DNA of 64,000 nt from Phycisphaerae bacterium (GTDB taxonomy: Bacteria; Planctomycetota; Phycisphaerae; UBA1845). The stretch lies in the NCBI GenBank assembly GCA_963666835.2, contig CAXXGO010000006.1, positions 1,760,001-1,824,000 of the forward strand. The letters run 5' to 3'. The translations under genes and the position numbers were made by a program. Below, piece after piece: positions 57,832 to 64,000 of the stretch. The notes under the pieces are model-generated. The model worked only from the letters and a program-made list of their open reading frames with translations, made no database searches and was not told the DNA's origin. Position 1 is the stretch's first letter, and every line of letters starts with the position of its first letter.

Positions 57832-60800
57832 TCAGGCCCGCCGTGGTCGACGGCGCCTGGGCCCATGAAGCCGTAGGCCGACCCAGCCGAATGTCCCGAT
57901 TACGACGCATACCCACGATCCCTCGCCGCAAGCGCCACATGGGGCGCCGACGTTGGTCTCACAACAGTCTTGCTCCTCGTTGCACCTGTCGCCCACCCCA
58001 CACGGTGAGTTTCCCGTTTGGCACGTCATGTCGAGGCACAACTCTGCCCCATTGCAGAACTGGCCGTCGTCGCAATCCGAATCCTCCGTGCAGTCGACCG
58101 TTTGGAAGTTCGCGGTAATGACTTTGTTGGAGTCCATGGAGACGATCAGTGGATTGTCCTGTTCTCTACCTTGTTCGACGGAACCCGACCATTCGCTGAA
58201 TACGCAGGGACGGGGGCAGTCGACCGACGCTGGAGTCGGCACGCAGCGGCCGTCACAGGTATCCGAAGGACAAACGTCATCACATGTCTGCGGTGCCACG
58301 GCGACGAAGATCCGTACTAATGAAGCGTTCTGATGCAGCGTCGCCGGTAGTTCCTGACCGGGGTCCGACGGAGTTGGATTAACGGAGAGCTCTAGATCCC
58401 AAATACGCTGACAGTCGCCGTCGATACACTGCTCATCATCGGGACATTCGATTGCCACATTCGCGCAACCCGAGATCGGATCGCACGAGTCCTCCGTGCA
58501 GGGGTCATCATCGCTGCAATCAAGTGGCGTTCCATCTACGCATGTTCGCTCTTCGCAGGTTTCCAGCCCGTTGCATGCGTTTCCGTCATCGCATTCTTCA
58601 TCGGACGTACAGGGGCATTCCTCGCACCGATCCAACGCCTCGCAGCAAGGCCCATCACACGGCGGGATACCTGATTCGCAACCGCCATCGACACATTCCT
58701 CCGCACCGTTGCAATAGATGCCGTCGTCGCACACGACGGGGTCGAATATGCAGGCACCGTCGACGCACGTATCCGTCGTGCAGGCATCTTCATCGTCACA
58801 TGTGATCGGCTCATAAACACACGTGCCATCTTCGCAGGAGTCCGTCGTACACTCATCGTCATCATCACAATTCACCCCATCACACGGGTCGACGCCGCAA
58901 CCCGGTATCGGCACGTGAACACAACCGATCGCCGGGTTGCACGAGTCGGTTGTGCAGTCGTTGCCGTCGTTGCAGTTGAGTGCCGTACCGGGTTGACAGC
59001 CGATTGCTGGATCACACGTCTCCTGGCCGTTGCAGGCGTTGCCGTCGCTGCAAGAGGCATCGTCGACGCACGCAGCACCAAACGCGAGATAGGTCGGGCC
59101 CTCAAGACCGCAACCGGTAGCAAAGACGCAGGGATTGGCCGGCGACCCATCGGTCCCGTCGAACTCCAGGATAGCATCGGACCCCAGGCTGGACACAAAG
59201 ACGTTTCCGTTCGGTCCGATTGTGATGCCTTGCGGTCCGCTCAGTCCACAGGTCCCGGGTGCCACGAAATCACCAACGCACCTCTGTGCCGGGTCCTCGA
59301 TCGACAAATCGAACTCCACCACCGAATCTGCATCGTGGTTGGCTACAAGCACGTGCCCGTTCGGCAGCACCGCGATCCCCACCGGCGTATCCAGACCGCA
59401 ACCGCTGGCCACGACCTCACACGTTTCCCCCGTCGTCGTGTCGAACGAGATGATACTGCCCGTTTCCTCGCTCACTACTAGCAGCTCCCCGCCGGCCGTG
59501 AACACGACGCCGTTGGGACCTTCCAGCCCGCAGCCGGCGGCCGCGAACCCCGGGTCCTGTTCGCCCGTCTCCCCGTCAAACCGAAGTACTCGATGAGTAC
59601 GCCAATCCGTGGCGTACAGCTTGCCATCCGGGCCGAACGCAATCCCAGAGGACGTGATGCCTTCGACGAAATCTCGCACGAACTCGCCCGTGCAGTCCCC
59701 TGCCACCTTACGATATTCCTTGATGCTCGACGTCTCGACACTTGCCACAACGAGGTTCCCGGTGTGTGGAGACACCGCAAGGCCATTCGCATAGTCGATT
59801 CCGCCGATACCTCTCGGCACCAACGGCGAGAGGTTCTCCCCCGTCCCCGCGTCGAACAAGGCAACGCTGTCGCCGCCGAAGCTGCCGACATAGACTAATG
59901 CCCCGCGCCCACTGGCCCACGGATTCGGCAGGCACTCCGCACAGTCCTCTACACAGCATTCACCCGCCTCGCATGGGTCACCGGTTGATTCACATTCGCC
60001 GTCGACGCACACTTCATCTCCGTCACAATAGGCCCCGTTGTCCTCGCAGTGTTCATCAACCAGACAGTCCACGCACCTGTCGTTCTCCTCGTCACACTGC
60101 GCTACGCACGGATCCTCCACGTCGCGACATGCGCCGGCCTCGCATTCCTCCTCCCCGTTACAGTATAGGCCATCGGCACACACATTCGAGTCGTCCGGCG
60201 TAAAGACGCACCCCGTACTCGGCTCACACGAATCGTCCGTACATGGGTTTGCATCATCGCACTCTGCATCGGTCATACACACGACGCATGCGTCGTTACC
60301 CTCGTCACATACGAGGCCATCATCGATACACGGATCTCCACTGGACTGGCACGCCTGATCCACGCAGGAGTCAACTCCTGTGCAGAACAGGTGGTCCTCG
60401 CAATCCGCGTCCGAGAGGCACTCAACACACGCCTCCCTGCCCTCGTCACAGACAAGACCTGCCGCGAGGCACGGGTCGCCGGTCGATACGCACAAGCAGC
60501 CGTCATCGCAAACCTCTTCACCGTCGCAAAAGACCCCGTTGTCGTTGCAGTCGCCCGATGTAAAGCAGGCGCAGCACCGTCGGTTGGGTTCGTCGCATAG
60601 TTGGTCCAGATGTGTGCAGGGGTCTCCGTCTGACGCACAGAATCCGTCCATACATACTTCGCTCCCGTTACAGTACACGCCATCATCCGCGCACTCGCCG
60701 TCATGGAAGCACTCCACGCAGTCCTCTAGGTCCTCATCGCAACGAAGTCCGGTGCCGATGCAGGGGTCTCCGCTCGATTCGCACCGGCCGGCATCACATG

Positions 60801-63800
60801 CCTCCGTACCGTTGCAATAGAATGTGTCAGCACAATCCTCGTCGCCCACGCAGTCTCCGCAGCGGTTGGAATCCTCGTAGCAGGCGAGAGGCCAACAGGG
60901 GTCGCCGGCAGATACGCAAACACCGTCAACACACACCTCCCCGCCATCGCAGAACACGCTATTATCAGGACAATCCTCGTCGATATGACACTGCACATAG
61001 ATGCCGTTGAAGACGAGCAGGCCGCCAGCCAAGAGAGTGCGCGTGTCAGGATTCGGGTCGGGAGAAAGCCAATCTGCCACGTCGGCCCATTCGATTGTGT
61101 ACGCACCCGGAACAGCATCTTCGATTACGAGGCTGCCGGGGCCAGCAATCTGAGTGTTGGGCCCTGTCAATGTCCATGACGCGTTAAGTGCGCCCGGTTC
61201 TGGATTCACGACGATTCTTCCCGCGGCAAACGAGTGAATCTGGTCCGTAATCGTCTGCCAGTACAATGAATTGTCCGTGTCGAGTAGATCGAGGTGGTCG
61301 CCGATGCCGTGATCCGCGTTGTTAAAGATGTGATGATGCCCAACAAGGCGGCGCGCAGCGATATTGGCATCCAGCGTGCCGACGACTCCGAGTGTTCGTG
61401 TCGAAAACGGGAGCCCGCCGGATATGTCTAAAAGGAGGGCACTTTGAAGAGGTACGAACCCGTCGTTGGCATGATAGACGGCCGCCCCCGACGCCGTGTT
61501 AGACATCTGCGATTGAAAGACGGTTACCGCAGAGAGTCCAAGATGTTCCGGCGTCAGCCCCGTGGTTGCGGCTGTGGCTTGTCCTCCGCAAACAGCAAGC
61601 AGATCGATGTTGTTTAGCAAGAGAACGTCATACGCGGCAAACGCCGCGATTTTGGCATGGTACTGTTCCGTCTGATTGAGATACGCGAGAGTACCACTCA
61701 TATCTTTGTAGGGATTTCCATAGAACACTGTCACGTCGGTCGACGATGATAATTGGTTGGCGTCCGTGGGCGTTGTTTGCATCCATCCGTCGTTTGAAAT
61801 CGTGACGGGAAAGAGCCGTGCAGTGGAATCCGCAAGCGCGTTATCCGCGTTGTCCCACGCGAGATTGAGGCTACCGAGTTCATCTGGATCGAATCTGTGA
61901 AGGCGTCCAAGTCCTGGTGTTGGCTCAGTGTCGATGATCGTGTCGTAACATCCCAGAGATAAGATATCGAGCCCGAAACGGTCAATCCATGCATATGCAA
62001 CCCAGTCGGGTACGGCAAGTGGCGAGCCATGATGAGGGGTCCCGAGAGTTATAAGGCCAAGGACATCGTCGCCCTGATGCTCATGGTTCATGAAGGCGCG
62101 TACAACGAGGCCGCCGCGGCTGTGTGCGACGAAAAGAACCCTTGTTCCGGCTGGATAATGGTCGTTGGCCAGGAGTGTGCCATAGACAAAGTCGGCAAGA
62201 TCCTCCGCATTGCCGGTATCGCCGTCGAAGCCCACAGCAGCGGTCGAGTCATGAACCCAGGTGTACACGTCGAACGCGCCAAAGGCAGATGGGTGTGCGT
62301 CAATCCACGCCTCGAGGGTGTCCCACCGGGCTTCTGCGTCATGGCCCTCGCTGTGAATGCCGTGCACGAGGACAAGCGGTGTTCTGGTTGACGAGCCCAC
62401 TGGGTCACTCCACGGGGACAAATGCCAATCACGCTCTTCAACCGTTAAGTTGGCCTGCTCTTGAGTCGGTTCGTACACGCTACTGCCATCGTACTTCACA
62501 TGGACGACATAGTCGCCGGGATCGAGGTCTTCGGGAATGACGTAGTACAAGCTGCCGACACCGAAGAAACTGGTTGTGAGGTCGGATAGCGTCACGCCAT
62601 CGTCGGGAAGCGGCTGGCCGAGGAGCTCAAAGTAGATTGGCTCACCCCCTATGTTATCATGCAGGCCCACGTCTTCCTCCAGCTTCGCTTCAAGCCGGAC
62701 CAAAGTGCCCTTTGATGCTGTCACGTCAACGAAATGGTTGCCTCGGAACCGCGTGGGCACACGGCCAACGGAAAAGTCTTCGCATAGTTCATTATTACCC
62801 TCGCCATCGGGAGGACACTCGTTGGCTACTTGGTCCTCAGGATCAATTACAACGCAGACCTGAAGAGTGCCAGACGTGTCAGGGGTGAAGGTGGTGGGTT
62901 CTTCATTACAGTGGCCGGCTAGAAGCCCCGCCGCCAGATAGTTGCTGTCGAGGAAGACGCCATCAATATAGAAGTCGAGACGAAGCATAAGCTCGAGGGC
63001 GTGTTTGTCTCCCTGGTTGCAGAGGTTTGCAGTGATCGTGCCAGGGCGCGCGACGACGAGGGGGTCAGGATCCACCCAAATGTCAGCGACGACTAAGTCA
63101 GAACAAGGGGGTTGCCGGACGTGCATAGTGGCGGTTAAGTCGTTGTTGGCCTCGTTAGATTCAACGACCTCGCCGTTGGCATCTGCGCGTGTCATGATCG
63201 TGTGATTACCCTGAGTAGGCGCTGTCAGTCCACACGCCGTCAATGTGACACACGCACCTGGCGCCACATTGTCGTAGTCGTCTTTGTCCTCGTATGCGCC
63301 ATCGACGTAGAAGAAAGCCTCTTGGTTGCGGAGAGCACCGGCGCTTGCCGTCGCATTGCCGATGTTACACACTGTCCCCTTAATGCAGTACTCCTCGCCC
63401 TCCTGCGGCTCTTCGGGCTCTGTCCAGACCGACTCCACAACGAGGTCCGCATGCGCCACTGGAAACTCCTCCTGCAGCTCGTTGTTGTCTTCACCGCCGT
63501 CCGGGCATTCGTCGACATCATCATCAGCATCAACAGTCACGCAGACCGTGACGTTCGCGCCCGCGGGAACGGTAAAGTCGTCGGTTTCTTCATCGCACTG
63601 ACCGGCAAAAAGGCCAAGCAATAAGACACTATCGCCGACGTGGATGCCGTCGACAGAGTATTCCACATCGATCCACGCGATAGCATCCTCGTCGCCCGTG
63701 TTGCACAGATTGGCGTGAATCGTCCCCGTCTGCCCGGCGACAAGCGGATCGGGCGTTACCCAGATGTCATTTACGATGAGGTCGGGACAACGCAGAACGA

Positions 63801-64000
63801 CATCGAAGTTCTCACACCTCTGGTTATTGCTCTCGTCTTCCTCCTCTATCTCGCTGGCGGGGTCGATGGTTGCGCAGACCTCGATCTCACCCTGCGCGGG
63901 TGGGGTGAAGTTGATCGATTCATCGTTACACTGCCCATCATCTAAACCGAGCGATAGGCTGTCACTTCCAATGTGAATACCGTCCACGAAGTAGTCCAGG
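57832..64000 (-). CDS. Giant secreted protein: CARDB-like repeats, alpha/beta hydrolase, Cys-rich repeats, beta-propeller, C-terminal anchor; 5' end outside the window
   Basis: DLxVxDIW...ExNExNN repeats; VLVHG, AHSRGG, LGTPHHGS, NDGFVP; CxDGxxCNGxExC repeats; CGACG + hydrophobic + RRRR tail. Confidence 0.85.
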   Translation of the reverse strand, partial: LDYFVDGIHIGSDSLSLGLDDGQCNDESINFTPPAQGEIEVCATIDPASEIEEEDESNNQRCENFDVVLRCPDLIVNDIWVTPDPLVAGQTGTIHANLCNTGDEDAIAWIDVEYSVDGIHVGDSVLLLGLFAGQCDEETDDFTVPAGANVTVCVTVDADDDVDECPDGGEDNNELQEEFPVAHADLVVESVWTEPEEPQEGEEYCIKGTVCNIGNATASAGALRNQEAFFYVDGAYEDKDDYDNVAPGACVTLTACGLTAPTQGNHTIMTRADANGEVVESNEANNDLTATMHVRQPPCSDLVVADIWVDPDPLVVARPGTITANLCNQGDKHALELMLRLDFYIDGVFLDSNYLAAGLLAGHCNEEPTTFTPDTSGTLQVCVVIDPEDQVANECPPDGEGNNELCEDFSVGRVPTRFRGNHFVDVTASKGTLVRLEAKLEEDVGLHDNIGGEPIYFELLGQPLPDDGVTLSDLTTSFFGVGSLYYVIPEDLDPGDYVVHVKYDGSSVYEPTQEQANLTVEERDWHLSPWSDPVGSSTRTPLVLVHGIHSEGHDAEARWDTLEAWIDAHPSAFGAFDVYTWVHDSTAAVGFDGDTGNAEDLADFVYGTLLANDHYPAGTRVLFVAHSRGGLVVRAFMNHEHQGDDVLGLITLGTPHHGSPLAVPDWVAYAWIDRFGLDILSLGCYDTIIDTEPTPGLGRLHRFDPDELGSLNLAWDNADNALADSTARLFPVTISNDGWMQTTPTDANQLSSSTDVTVFYGNPYKDMSGTLAYLNQTEQYHAKIAAFAAYDVLLLNNIDLLAVCGGQATAATTGLTPEHLGLSAVTVFQSQMSNTASGAAVYHANDGFVPLQSALLLDISGGLPFSTRTLGVVGTLDANIAARRLVGHHHIFNNADHGIGDHLDLLDTDNSLYWQTITDQIHSFAAGRIVVNPEPGALNASWTLTGPNTQIAGPGSLVIEDAVPGAYTIEWADVADWLSPDPNPDTRTLLAGGLLVFNGIYVQCHIDEDCPDNSVFCDGGEVCVDGVCVSAGDPCWPLACYEDSNRCGDCVGDEDCADTFYCNGTEACDAGRCESSGDPCIGTGLRCDEDLEDCVECFHDGECADDGVYCNGSEVCMDGFCASDGDPCTHLDQLCDEPNRRCCACFTSGDCNDNGVFCDGEEVCDDGCLCVSTGDPCLAAGLVCDEGREACVECLSDADCEDHLFCTGVDSCVDQACQSSGDPCIDDGLVCDEGNDACVVCMTDAECDDANPCTDDSCEPSTGCVFTPDDSNVCADGLYCNGEEECEAGACRDVEDPCVAQCDEENDRCVDCLVDEHCEDNGAYCDGDEVCVDGECESTGDPCEAGECCVEDCAECLPNPWASGRGALVYVGSFGGDSVALFDAGTGENLSPLVPRGIGGIDYANGLAVSPHTGNLVVASVETSSIKEYRKVAGDCTGEFVRDFVEGITSSGIAFGPDGKLYATDWRTHRVLRFDGETGEQDPGFAAAGCGLEGPNGVVFTAGGELLVVSEETGSIISFDTTTGETCEVVASGCGLDTPVGIAVLPNGHVLVANHDADSVVEFDLSIEDPAQRCVGDFVAPGTCGLSGPQGITIGPNGNVFVSSLGSDAILEFDGTDGSPANPCVFATGCGLEGPTYLAFGAACVDDASCSDGNACNGQETCDPAIGCQPGTALNCNDGNDCTTDSCNPAIGCVHVPIPGCGVDPCDGVNCDDDDECTTDSCEDGTCVYEPITCDDEDACTTDTCVDGACIFDPVVCDDGIYCNGAEECVDGGCESGIPPCDGPCCEALDRCEECPCTSDEECDDGNACNGLETCEERTCVDGTPLDCSDDDPCTEDSCDPISGCANVAIECPDDEQCIDGDCQRIWDLELSVNPTPSDPGQELPATLHQNASLVRIFVAVAPQTCDDVCPSDTCDGRCVPTPASVDCPRPCVFSEWSGSVEQGREQDNPLIVSMDSNKVITANFQTVDCTEDSDCDDGQFCNGAELCLDMTCQTGNSPCGVGDRCNEEQDCCETNVGAPCGACGEGSWVCVVIGTFGWVGLRLHGPRRRRPRRA

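Overview
GC-rich bacterial window, probably Planctomycetota/Phycisphaerae (inferred from the ECF sigma plus Ser/Thr kinase pair, CxxC...CPECG membrane proteins and Cys-rich secreted proteins). Bases 1-27.4 kb are host backbone: nuclease, lysC, M23 and M28 peptidases, kinase/ECF pair, nadA, hpt, a Met gamma-lyase-like gene, a FIST sensor with hybrid kinase, and a GTAG-type REP family. An island starts at tRNA-Arg(CCT) (27427-27500). It carries a tyrosine integrase, a satellite-like replication module, hsdR and hsdS without hsdM, an IS66 scar, and a type III-B CRISPR locus: cmr1-6 (Cas10 with GGDD but no HD domain), a Cas6-RT-Cas1 fusion, cas2, a 27-repeat array, a 4-TM+CARF effector and Csx3/Crn3. 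The main observation is in the spacers. Most of the 22 unique spacers are antisense to translation-initiation regions (Shine-Dalgarno and/or start codon), and none shows that pattern in the sense direction. This suggests RT-dependent capture of, or selection for, mRNA start regions. The window ends with damaged secreted-protein genes and a >2000 aa secreted hydrolase. All calls come from manual motif reading; no searches were run.
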